Shown: piece by piece, positions 1-12,700 of the stretch
How positions within the stretch are numbered: the stretch's first letter is position 1
Layout: each line of letters starts with the position of its first letter
NCBI RefSeq assembly: GCF_020745735.1
Contig: NC_083409.1
Span: forward strand, 64,810,048-64,874,047
Reading direction: 5' to 3'
DNA from: Hemiscyllium ocellatum
Lineage: Eukaryota
Length of the DNA: 64,000 bases
The notes under the pieces: generated by a model
Databases searched by the model: none
The model's input: only the letters and a program-made list of their open reading frames with translations
Told to the model about the DNA's origin: nothing
Position numbers and translations under genes: made by a program

Positions 1-410
1 CATTTGAGCCCACTCAGCTATTTAACAATATCATGGTTGATCTTATAGTGGTCTCAACTCTGCTTTCCTATCTGCTCTCCAGAGCACTTATCCCATTTTT
101 CATCAGAAACATATTTATTTATTTCTTGAATCGTCTGATTCAGCCTCCACTGCACTCTCGGGCAGTGAGTTCCACAGATTCACAACCCTCAGTGTAGTTT
201 CTCATCTCAAGTTTGAAACGACCTCTCACTCTAACTCAATGTCCTCTTGTTTGAGACTGTCCACAAGGGGGAACATCCATTCAACATCCACCCCATCAAG
301 ACCCTTTAGCATTTTATATCCCTCAATCAGACCTCCCTCATTCTTCTGAACTCCAGTGAGTACAAACCCAAGCTTTTCATCCCTGGAATCAACCTGATGA
401 ACCTTCTATG
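1..410 (-). mobile_element. Degraded CR1-type LINE 3' end
   Basis: GAGTTCCACAGATTCACAACCCTC...CCTGGAATCAACCTGATGAACCTT pattern of CR1 3' regions. Confidence 0.6.
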
Positions 411-1296
411 TGAGCTACCTACCATGTGTTGGAAAATTAATTAGCAAACAATGTAAAAAAAAAAGTACAAGAGTGTTGCAAATTATCCAGCAAAGCTCAC
501 GAATTACAAACAGCTACAAGTCACTAGATGATTCGTGCCACTCTGTTAAATTTGTAGAAACAAACTAAGCACTTCAAATCCTGGTTATTTCCATAAAATT
601 GCTGTATTTGCACATTAATTGTCCTACTACAGAAAATTAGCTGTTTATTAACAACACCAAGTATTTTTTTAATGATGGAATACTTAACTGATTTTATCAT
701 TAAGTTCACCCACTGTAATTCATCTCCTCAGTCTTTCTTGTATTTATTGCTGAGTCCTTACATCTCATTGGTCGAAGAGACAATTGGTCTCATTATTCAC
801 CAAGATCTGAAGCACCCTGTTGCTGTCAGTGCGTTATCAATTCACATATTCAGCAATATACCGATTGTGTATAAGGGGCATACCCGTAAGATGTTGTGAC
901 CCATCACATTTTTGTAAGAGCTTGAAATTATTCTGTGTTTTTTAAAAAAAAGTTCATGACAGCAGACAAGTGATTAAACTTTTTAAACTTACCCATTTTG
1001 TTTAACAGTCACCACAGTACAGAAAAGACAAAATATACAGACAATTGGCAGTTATTGTGGTTTGATAAAATATATGAATCACAATGGTTGACCTACATTA
1101 TTATTGTACAAAACTGATCATTTATTAACCTTATTTCAAAACTGCAATTCTCAAAATCTTTACAACATGAAGATGTAACAAGTTAGATTAAACATGTCTT
1201 TGTCAAGAAATATACAAGTGTGATCACATAGTATGCATACTTTTGACTTTCTCTAATCTCACAGACAAACAATTTCAACCAATGTTCGCAGAAACT

Positions 1297-1302
1297 TTTA
1301 TT
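1297..1302 (-). terminator. Candidate MYSM1 polyadenylation signal (AATAAA), implying a ~5.3-kb 3'UTR
   Basis: Minus strand reads CACTGTA-AATAAA-AGTTTC followed by GU-rich TTGGTTGAAATTGTTTGTCTGT. Alternative AATAAA hexamers at 4717-4722, 3765-3770 and 1121-1126. Confidence 0.4.
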
Positions 1303-1773
1303 TACAGTGTTGCCATGCAGTCAGTTTTATCAACATGTTCATCATATCTTGACTTTTAGCTAAAACCCACAAAACACTGCACTGTGACTTCATAATCAGA
1401 AACCTACCGACAGGTTGACAAGATAAGAATGTATGCAGGACAATGTTCATGGAACATGTAATTAAGCAAGCGTGTATTGTACAATTCAGTACACTTTGAA
1501 GCACAAGAACAATTATTGCAGTTTCAGCCGCGGTTTTATCTGCCAAAATCTTTTCTGCTGATTCATAAATTTTCTCAATTTCAGTGTAGATTAAACAGCA
1601 GTCAAGGATGCTCCATTCTTTTGACTGAGACTCTTGGATCTGAATCCATGCTGTGACTAAGTACTTTGGGGCATTATCATACTTTTTTTAATTTTCAAGA
1701 TTTATTGAAATGTAGTTTGATTGTCTGGTTTTCTTTCATTGACTTTGAACTTTTCTTAAGTTGTAATGTTTTT

Positions 1774-3652
1774 ATTGCTGAAAAGAGACATATGGTTGAA
1801 GCCTTTCATCTTCCACTCATCAAGACAAATGCAAGAATGCTGAACTTCAAATGATCACAATTTATGGAAGAAAAGGAATGCTGATTGATTGGCAACTCAA
1901 TTCAGATTGGTCCAGACATTGCCATGATTCCCCATGCATCTGTATAATTCAAAAGTAAGGCTTCAAAATATTCCTTTCCTTGCAGTGATGGTTCCTGCGT
2001 ACAAATGTCACTTTTAGCGAATGCAAATTAGCAGTGTTACAAGCTCAACTGATCTTAAAAATATTATTGCACACTACAATGTACTTTATCTCATGTTGCA
2101 ATTTACTTTGAGTATGTTGCCGGCTAATGCATCCCATATACTTGCTGGGAAATTTGCTAATAATTCCTCCACTACTGTCTTCCAGAAGCCTAACGTCACT
2201 GGTTAATATATGCTTCGGGATTGATATAGCTCCATGCTATAAACAATGCTTTATAAGCAGCTGTGTAAATAGTACCCAAGCCTTCTGGTTACCTTGCTAA
2301 TTTTAATGTGGAATCAGAGCACGTCAGAGCTGACGTGCAGGACAGCTGATCAGATAGTTGTTTTTAAAGCAGAGTTCAATAGACTTTTTTTTAAACTGGC
2401 AAAAGAACCAGAGGGTATTTGGGGCATTAGGGTTGAGACTACAGTCAGATCAGCCATCATTCTATTCAACAGAAAACAGGCGGAAGGGGCTGAATAGCCT
2501 AGCCTTGCCTCCAACTTGTAGGTTTCTCTGTATTGTGCAGTTCCCACATCGGCAAAGGTCATCACTGGTGAATTGAGAAGTCTTAGGTCTACTTCAAATT
2601 ACCGTGGCTAGACTGTGTTTCACTAAGTTTTGAACAGGTAAAGCAAGATACTTCACACTGCTAACATGCTGTAATGATACAATTGGTATTTTGCACTAAT
2701 TGGAAAGTGGAAAGAAATGGAATGGTGTTAATGTCACTACACTTATAATCCCAAAGTCCAAATCTCCCCACAGCAGCTGATGAAATTTAAATTCAACAAA
2801 CAAACCTGTAATGAAAGTTCATTTCAGTAACAGTGATCATGTAACTATCAATTGTTGTGAAAACCTAATTTGATTCACTGTGTCCTTGATAAAAGAAACT
2901 CTGTCATCCTACCGAGTCTAGCATACATGTGACTCCAGATCAATGGTAATGGAGTCAACTCTTACCTGCCTTTTGAAATGGCCAAGCAAACCATTTAATT
3001 CAAGGATAATTTGGCATGGGGAATTTGCCGCTGACATCCACATCTCAAAGGAAAACAAAGGCATCAGACCATATAGACAATTTGCCCATTACACAAACAT
3101 TGTATATGAAATTCAGTATTGGTGAGATACCAAGTATATAGGCTGCATATTCCAGTGATTGACTGACTGAATTAAACAACCCTGTTCCTCTGGAAGCACA
3201 TAATATGTACACACCAAACTTAAAATTCCAAACAAAACATCTGCTATGACTCTATCTGCTGTGCAATGTGATATCACAAATTGTTCAGTGCTAGCTGAAC
3301 AATCCAGAGTGTGGTAAAGTTGCATTAATAATAAATTTAAGATAATCAGTCTAGCTCAATGTGGCTCACTTAGACAATGCTAGAAGTGACATATATTCGT
3401 GTTCTAGGTAAACAAAAGATATATGTTCAAGCCTTGTGACGCTCTTGAATTGCTAGAAGCTTGGGGAGCCTATAATTCTGTGTTTTTCTCCATGGCAATC
3501 CCTCAGCCATCAGTCAACTTGCCAATCATTTAGCACTCCTTTTCCCTCCTGTGATAAACATTTGCAAGCTTTTGAAGTTTGGAGCCGTTGCATTTGTCTT
3601 GATTGCTGCAAGATGAAAAGATTTGGCAATGTCACTTTTTTGTCCGCAATTT
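1774..3652. repeat. Two diverged copies of one ~300-bp repeat in opposite orientation (~1774-2071 and ~3321-3652)
   Basis: TTTCATCTTCCACTCATCAAGACAAATGCAAG vs revcomp TTTCATCTTGCAGCAATCAAGACAAATGCAAC; GAAAAGGAATGCTGATTGATTGGCAA vs GAAAAGGAGTGCTAAATGATTGGCAA. Confidence 0.75.
2720..3060 (+). mobile_element. Diverged shark SINE with a LINE-type 3' tail
   Basis: Recognised pattern ...GTGAAAACCTAATTTGATTCACTGTGTCCTT...CATGTGACTCCAGA...CAAGGATAATTTGGCATGGG; tail shared with the old LINE remnants; family not firmly named. Confidence 0.55.
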
Positions 3653-6603
3653 AAATTCTGTACAAATTACTCTTCTATCTTTCTAAGTTTAGTGCTTATT
3701 CCTAATGCACGATTTGCAGTCAAGCAACTGTGACTGAGCCAAACTAACTGGTTATGAAATTCCTTTTATTCATCAGCAGCCTTTTAAAGTTGTTCAATCA
3801 TATCATGGTAATACTCTGAATCAACTTCAATCGTCCTCAAGTTTGAATCCAAAGCATTGTTAATCTGAATTCTGTACTTTTGAATAATGGAAAAAAAAAT
3901 CTAGATTTGGGATTGTTAGGAGTCTACAGCATAATCAGGTTTCTAACACAAATCACAACAGTACAGCTGGACTTTAACAGTTTTGAATGGTAGATCATGT
4001 CATGGTCTACATCTCAAAACCAGCTATCATTATATGGAAGCTTTTGGTTTACTAACTGTTTCATCAAATGGAATAGATGGTGTCAGTTGTTATTAGCTAT
4101 TTCAACGTATTCAATGTATATAAAACTAAGCTACTTCAAATAACAAAGATATGCCACAAATATTTAAGTTGTCTTGCAGAATGTACTTGACATAAAATAG
4201 TTCAGTTTCATATTTGCCATGCTGTTTGGACAGCAATAATTAATAATGCCAGGAAGAGGGAATATAAATAGTTCACTTGAACCACTGCAAGTGTATACAT
4301 ATGTACGTACTATAAAATGTTATGCTAAACTTATGTTATCTTTACCATGTCTCTTAGAATCAGAGTGTTCAATGCAATTCATCAGCTGGCTGCAAATAAC
4401 CATTAAGTGGTAAGCAGTTACGCACACCCACAGCAAAGCTGGCAGGTCTGAAACAGAGCACGGATCCAGAATCGTTAGTTGCCCAACCATTACTGTGAGT
4501 ACTTGTGGGGTTTTGTGAATGATGCAGCTTTGACCTACTTACAAGGCTAGTGATCTGCAGAGAACAGATTCGAAGACTCACAATGTTTGGAGTTCCTGCA
4601 ATGTACGACTCTCAGGGATCAGCATCTCTTCAGAGGGCAATACACCCAATTTGAAGAGGCTTCTCAATTGCAACTGCTGACTTTCTCAATGGGAAAATGT
4701 CTGAATGCCTTTCAGTTTTATTTGTGCATAATCTGACCTCTTACAAAATCTTTCTTTTTAGAAGCAATATGGATATAATTGTTTAAATAATATGCTGACA
4801 CATATTACAATCAATAGTTAGAGGGCACGGTCTTAGTCCAAAACAAAATACTTTATGAACAAGAAGTTACAGTTTTACTGTATTGCTTTGGGCTTCAGAG
4901 TTCAATTTCACAAAGCTGGAGAAAAAAAAAGTAACATTCCAATAATTGCCAGTACATCAAGTGTACATACTACCTCTTGAAATACTATTTTTATAGCATT
5001 TTATAGCATATTCTTTTTAAGCAATCATCCAAACTGTTCCAGTCCAAAAGTAGTCATGTGGTGATCACCACTCTAGTCTCCTGTCAGAACAGGAGTGCAC
5101 AAATAATGCATTTGAAGAAGCTATCTTCATTCAGCTGCCAAGGAAGTATACCTACCTGGCTCTTAAATACTGATGCCAATATTCAGTGCTGGAATGCAAA
5201 TTAAATGGTTGATCAGTAGCTGGAATCTGAAGAGATTCCAAAATAAAGATGAATTAAATCCCAGAACCCAAAAACCGCAGTCTTAAAGTCACTTGCTTTA
5301 TCGTTACATCATGTTCTATTTTCAGGGAGGCTGTTTGTGTGAAGGCAGCACACACCTGTTTTGACAGCTGAACTGTGATCGGTGTGAGCAGCCACCATCA
5401 GGCAATTTAATTAGTGAGACGCAACTATTGTAACCTTCCCAAGAAAATGTACCATTTGAACATTTTCACGAACCTAGAACATTAATTTACCGTTAAGCAT
5501 TATCTCAAATGTTGTTGATCGTTCCTTCTCAAGTAGAGAAGATATGATGAAAAAGTATAGGCAGATCGTGACTTCTTGTATTTGCTCTTGAGAAGGGAAA
5601 GAATTCTAGTCATTCTGGGTTAACCAAATAGCTGTCACTTTTGATCAGTGCACTAAGTATAAATGAAACCTGTTCATCTGGTAACACACCAGATTTCAAC
5701 AGTGGAACCCACGTGCTATATTATAAACTGAAACCGGAGGTTCATAAATCCAAATGTCACATGTTTTGTCTCAAAAAATTACCTACTGACTTCCATTCAA
5801 AGATGCAAAGTAATTAAAATAAAACAGGGCAACTCTTAGTTCAAAGCTATTTTATAATCGTTTTTGGTCTACAATGTTTTTCATTTGTACTATCTAATAA
5901 AAAGACTCACGAGTGTAATATTTTTCTAAAGTACCCTTTCTAAAGAAGAAATAATGATTTTTTTTTACTTAAAATAAATCCATAAATAAAAAGATAATGT
6001 CCTTGAAACCATGAGAGCCTACAGGAACCCCCTCCCTGCTATGAAGATTCAATGAATGTCTAGAAATATTTCAGCGCAATGGGCTCAACAAATTGTGGAA
6101 GTTGACTAACCCTGAGAAGGTCACACTGCAGCTTAGGATGTAGATTTTCCTGCTGACATTCCACAGTCAAGTAATTTCAGAGAGGCACTCAAATCAGTTT
6201 GAAATCATAGTGTCTGCTGCTTCCAGTTCAGCTACTCCTCAATCGTCCTCATAACTGATTGCATGGAAACGGCCCTACTTACTCAGCTCCATGATGGCAC
6301 GAAAACCACATGCTTTTGATTTAACAAGTCAAAGAAATTGGCAGTAAGGATAATTATATTGTTTGATAAAGATGGATAATATCTCGGGAAGAAAAGAAAC
6401 CTCTACACTTTCCTTTCAGCTAATTCAGGATTTTTACATCGAATTTCCTTTAAAACCAGCTGAAGTGGACTGAGAAATCCTCTGGTTTCTCTACCGCACA
6501 GTTTCTGGTGTTTCTTCTAACAATATCATTAGATTTCTCAGTGCAAAGTTCATTTTTTTTGAAAGTGGAATATCAGACATGCAGATCTTGGAAATACAAC
6601 TAA

Positions 6604-6768
6604 CTAATTGCCTGGTTTTACTGGAACTTTAGCAATAGTTTCAAATTTACTGTTCCGGTCTTCAATGTTATAACCTGCAAGGAACAAATCTTCAATTTGC
6701 GTCAGAAACTCTTCAGTAACTGCAGCATTCCATTGATTTTCCAATGTCTTCCTCATTGATTCAAGCAG
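6604..6768 (-). CDS. MYSM1: MYSM1 terminal coding exon ([54 protein letters not shown])
   Basis: ctgtag|CTG CTT GAA; TAG stop at 6604-6606; resembles the vertebrate MYSM1 C-terminus (LL..MRKTL...EEFL..IE.LFL). Confidence 0.92.
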   Translation of the reverse strand: MLESMRKTLENQWNAAVTEEFLTQIEDLFLAGYNIEDRNSKFETIAKVPVKPGN

Positions 6769-9700
6769 CTACAGTGTAACAAAGACAGAGAATCAACACG
6801 TTACTGACTTTTTAAGATGCAATCTGCAAATAACACAAGCAATCACTGTATGTTAAGTAGTGACTTAATCCAACAAACTGAATCCTCATGATTACATTCT
6901 AAGAAATCACACCATTTGTGTTACACTCCTGCAATAAATCATAAAAAGTAAAAAGCTCTAAATTAAAGGTGACAAAAACTCAAAATTGGCAACTGATCCT
7001 AAGACAATGATACAGGAATAAAAATTGTTGCATAGGATTTGCAACTTAAACGTACAGTACTTTGGGCTGACGAAAACAGGATAATTTTAAATCCCAAAGC
7101 ACAAAATGTCAACATTGAAGATACAATATCTTGAATTATTACCTTTAAGATGATAGATTCAGGATAATTTTAAACGGATAGATTTACTACATTTTAATTT
7201 TCAAGAGACCAATCAACAACTTGCATTTATTTTAGTACAAGATCCCAAGGCACTTCATCAGAACTTTATCAAAATAACATTTGACAATGTCACTATTCAG
7301 ACAGGTGATCAAACTGGAAAAGGGGTAGGTTTTAAAGGAGCATCTTCAAGGAGGAAATCAATATGGAGAGATGGAGCGGAGTAGAGACAGTATTTCATAG
7401 TTTAGAGCCTTGGCAACACAAACCAAGATCATGGAGGAATTTGAAAACAATTTAAAATGAAAATTATGGAAACAAGGCATTTTCAGATCAAAAGCCAATG
7501 TAGGTCGGCCAATAATCAGGTGATCAGTGATTAGGATTTCCATAGCTGAGTTTTGGATGAGCTCAATTTTATAGGGAGTACACAGTGAAGCTAGTCAGCC
7601 TGCTCCTTGGATGCTGCCTGGCCTGCTGTGTTTTTCCAGCACATATTTCTCTGCCTACGTCTTGTGGTGTCATGGGGTCAGCTGAACTCAAGGCTCGATT
7701 GAGATGATCTCTTCCCCAGAAATTAGCACATGGTTTACACACTCACATCTAACTCCCACTCACATGACAACGACATTAGTGCCTACTCAACTGCACACTT
7801 CCAGAAACATGGGCTGGAATTTTCTAGTCCTTTGTCAAGGATTGGGAGATAAGAAACCAAAATGGTGTAATAAAGTATATGCATATGTGTATGATTTTGA
7901 AGGGGACTGCAGCAATAAGGTTAAAATACGAGGAGGTTATAGAAATTCATAAAGATGTTAGAAATGATGCAATTGAGGTGTTTAAGATGTTAAAATATAT
8001 TTTAAAATAAATGGTGATAATAATAAGTGGTGGAATAATCATAAAAAAATGTATGTTCCAGTCAGTTCATGGAAGAGTAATGTCAGAAAATAGTGCTTCA
8101 TAGAAATGGCAGTGGAAATCTAAAACTCTCATCCCCAGTAAGCTGTTAAGTGGGTAGATTGAAAATTTTGGAGCTGAGATTTGAATGTTTTAATTGGGCA
8201 AGATATTAAGAGATGTGAAGCAAATTGGATAAAGTGAGTTCTTACCAGCTTTAAAAGCTTTATTGAACATGATTAGTGTAAGCATAAAGTGTTTGCTATT
8301 CTACCATGCTAAATTGCCCATAGTGTTAGGTACATTAGTCAGAGGGAAATGGATCTGGGTGGGTTGCTTTTCGGGGGGTCTGTGCGGACTAGTTGGGCCG
8401 AAGGGCCTGTTTCCACACTGTAAGAAATCTAATCTAATCTAATCTAATCTGAAGGCATGGAAGGATGTTCTATTTTATTTCAAATAAAATATCTAACATT
8501 AAAAGATGCTAAAGGAATCTCATCAAATATCATTTTTGCAGCTTTTGGGTTCATTAATTTATCTTCCAACCATTTGTATTACTTTATAATTAGATTAATA
8601 AGGTATGAAGTGGCATTGTTCACTGACGACAGTAGTGATCAACTGGATTCACAACTGCTCAGATACCGAACCAGTCTGCACCTGCCTGCATCAAAACCTG
8701 AATAACATTCAGTCTTCGACTGATAAGTGACAAGTAATTATCTATCAATGACTATTTCCATCAAGAGAAAGTCTAACCACCTCTTTCTAACATTCATGAC
8801 CATCACTGAATTCTCCATTATTGACATCCTGGAGGTCACCAATGACCAGTAACTTATCTGGACCAGCCACATAAATACTGCAAGTAGTTTGTACAATGTG
8901 TTGCAAGAGAAGGTTGGAGGTTAGTACATTGTAAGTGGGTAACTCTTCTTTACTCCCAAAAGCCCATCTGCCAATTACAAGATACAAGAGTCTAGATTAG
9001 AGTGGTACTGGAAAAGCACAGCAGGTCAGGTAGCATCCAAGGAGTAGGATCCTCAGATGCTGCCTGACCTGCTGTGCTTTCCCAGCACCACTCTAATCTA
9101 GACTCTGGTTTCCAGCATCTGTAGTCCTTGTTTTTACTTAATTATAAGACACAAGTCAGGAATGTGATTCAATACTCTCCACCTACCCAGTTGAGTACAG
9201 TTCCGATCAGATTCAAGAAGCTTAACGCCATCCAAGAGAAAGCAGATTCACATCCACAAGTTAAACATTCACCCACCCGTCACTGTTGGCATGCAATGAA
9301 TGCAGAATGCACTATTTACATGATGCACTATATCAATTTGCCAATGCTTCAACAGAAATTTCTGAACCCATGAGCTCTACCTTCTTAAATGACAACAGTA
9401 GGTGCATAGCAACACCACCTTTTATAATTTCCCCAGTATGTCAGGCACCATTCTGATGTGAGACTATAATGCCATTCTTTCATTGATGGCCAAACCCTGA
9501 AAACTCCCAAACAGCCCAAAGACAGCACCTAGAACACACTGACAGCAATGGTTCAAAAAGGAGGCTCACCAATACACAGAGGGTGGTGCATGTATGGATT
9601 GAGCTGCTAGAGATACAATTACAACATTTAAAAGGCATCTGGATGAGTATATGAGTAGGAAGGCTTCATGGGAAAGGGGCCAAGTGCTGGGAAATGGGAC

Positions 9701-12700
9701 TAGTTTAATTAAGGATATCTGGTTGGTATGGACGAGTTGGACTCAAGGGTCTGTTTCCATGCTGCACATCTCTGTGACTCAGAAACAATTAGGGCTTGGC
9801 AATGAATGTTGGCCTTGCAACAATGCTTACATCCCAGTGATTAACAAGTCACAAACTTCAACCACTGGAACAATTCAATTGGGCGGCACGGTGGCACAGT
9901 GGTTAGCACTGCTGCCTCACAGCGCCAGGGACCTGGGTTCAATTCCCGCCTCAGGAAATTGAACATTCTCCCGCACATTCTCCCCGTGTTTGCGTGGGTT
10001 TCCTCCGGGTGCTCCGGTTTCCTCCCACAGTCCAAAGATGTGCGGGTCAGGTGAATTGGCCATGCTAAATTGCCCGTAGTGTTAGGTAAGGGGTATATGT
10101 AGGGGTATGGGTGGGTTGCGCTTCGGCGGGTTGGCGTGGACTTGTTGGGCCGAAGGGCCTGTTTCCACACTGTAAGTAATCTAATCTAAATTAATTCAGT
10201 TTAAGGAATCACTGATAAACCTGTCAAGATTGATTTCGTAACCACATAGCAGTAATGTTTTATTCCTAGTACCTATTCTCATGAATTAGTTCAGTCCACA
10301 TCTGCCTGGCTTTATAGGTCTGGTTCCTGCTGTCAGTGACAAGTCAAGTGTTTTACTAAATAGTGAAATTTAAAAAAGTGTTCCATTACAATGGATCTTA
10401 AATCTAAATTGTAATTTTTATTATCTTAAAAATCGATCATAGAACAGAGAAGATAAGATTAGATTTTCAGGACCAGAGTGTTTACCAGTACTCATTCAAC
10501 ACGGTGTAACTTTTTCATGCGTTTATACATTGAGATCAATGGGATAAAAACATTAACATTAACATCAAATCAGGGATTTCTACTTCTAACCTGTGAGGAC
10601 TTTAACATCTCAGGAGGAAAAGAGAATCACTGACAGTAGCTTTCACATTTAACAGTAACTAATGGTATACACTGTGTTACCCAAAAAGCAATACCAGTTT
10701 CACTGTCATTTTAATCAATAAATCCAGACCATAGATTTCTAGTATGTCTAGAGAAATCTCTAGTCTTGTTGTGGTTAACACATACTTCACCCTGCAAGTC
10801 AATGAGAATGAGGATCTCTATGGCCTTTCTAACTACGTTATCATAGAAAACGTTATCTGCAGATTCCTGGATGTAAGAATGGATAGCATTGGCAAATAAG
10901 GTGCAAAAAATCTGACCCAAAGAAATAGCTAATACTATTCCAAAAGGTATACATATTCATATGTTTGAACACAGAAATCAGAAATCTGCTTAAATACTTT
11001 TTGACTTCAGATATTGTCTTATCTCCATTTACACTATATGAATACAATGTAGCACATGCAAGTGAATGACATTATATAAGCTTACCTTCTGCAAACATGT
11101 CAAATTGGAATCTCTGTGAAACATGTGGAGCATTGGAACACTACTGTTAACAGGAGAAAACAAAATGGTAAATAATTTGAATAGGCTGTATTGGAGCATT
11201 TCTCGGATTATAATATTCTACTGGGTATATTAGGTAGTTCCCTAATGCTCTGGGCATTCAGAGTGCCAAGAATACATAATTTATTTATTTGGAATTCAAA
11301 AATTAAACACATTAATGAATGATTATAGGTGGAACATACTTCCTCTTGTACATTTCCAGCATGTTTTAAAGTAAAAATTCATAGCATAATAATGAACAAA
11401 AGAATCACAAGTATGTGTGGATTTTAACTCTTTTACTAATTTGCTTCTACCTCTCTATAGGTACAGGTCCAGGCTTGTCAACACCCAAAATTTTATCATC
11501 CATCTATGAGTCTTGACTAGGAGTATTAGTGATATACTTAGTTGACGAGTCATTAGCTTGCAATCAGGACAGGAACCCTGGTTGACTTTGCTTTCCATGA
11601 CTGAAGAACTTGGAGGCTAACAGTACTATCCCCATCATTACCTCAGCTGAGGCCAGCTAACTAAGCAGAGTTGAAGGAGTGAAGCTTTCCAATTACTTCC
11701 TGAATAAAATCACTATGCTAGGAGCTGCATTACTTACCATACATGGATACATAAACAGCAGAGATTTCTATTTGAAAGAAAACCATTTGAACAAAAGATT
11801 TTCAAATGCGAATAAGAGTTCAATGAAGAGGTGTGCAAATGCAGTACGTTGCTTGTTCTTTGCACTTTGATACATTCAATAGCTCTAGAATTATATGATA
11901 TATTTTGTCATTACTTATTTATCACATCTGTCAAAAGACATAAAAGGTTGTTGGAAGAGCAGACTTAGCTTCATTTTTGCTGGTATGGCATTTATGAAGA
12001 AACGGAGGTGCATGCAATCCAAGACAACAAAATGAAAACTGAAAAACGAAAGAACTGTTTCAAATTAGGGTTATTGAAAAAAGGAACAATCCTGAAGTTG
12101 GAAGCTTGGTCACTAATTTTCCTGGAAAACCAAAAGATTGGTTATTAGCCAGTGAGAAACTGTCCTTTGGATCACATCAGATGGCTAGGAAATTAAATGA
12201 AAAATTACAGAAAATTTGGAAAAGCCAGGAATGAGAAAATCAATTTAAAACTAAAACAAAGAACTGAGAATGCTGGAAATCAGAAATTGCTGAAAAACAC
12301 AGCAGGTCTGGCAGTATCTACGGACAGAAAGCAGAGTTAATGTTTCAGGTCCAGTGACCCTTGATGCTTCAGATGAGAAGATCAATGTAACTTACTCATA
12401 ACACAGCAATGTGTACCCACATAACACTTTGAGCAGATTGGAATGTTGTAAAACAAGCTTTATCAAACAAAATTTGATACCAAGTCACAAGGAAATATTA
12501 GGGGAGGTCACTAAACGCTGGGTCAAAAAGGATTTTTTTTTGACTTAAGAAGAATCTTAAAGGAAGGAAGGAAAAGTAAAAAGGAGATATTTACAAAGGA
12601 AATTACACACCAAAAGCCCTCAGCAACCTCAGGTAACACCACCAATGTTTACACGATGAAAACGGAGAACATTCAATTACAAATCTTGAAATACTTTCCC

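Noticed and set aside
5330-5460. Possible enhancer-like element (CAGCTG, TTAATTAG motifs)
   Set aside because: Short motifs are expected by chance and cannot be supported without conservation data.
6000-6603. Coding-looking sequence after the MYSM1 stop (possible C-terminal extension, readthrough or SECIS)
   Set aside because: All frames close quickly, the stop is TAG rather than TGA, and no convincing SECIS fold is visible; treated as 3'UTR.
9881-9955. tRNA gene (A and B boxes present)
   Set aside because: It is the tRNA-derived head of an HE1 SINE, continuing into the V-domain and tail.
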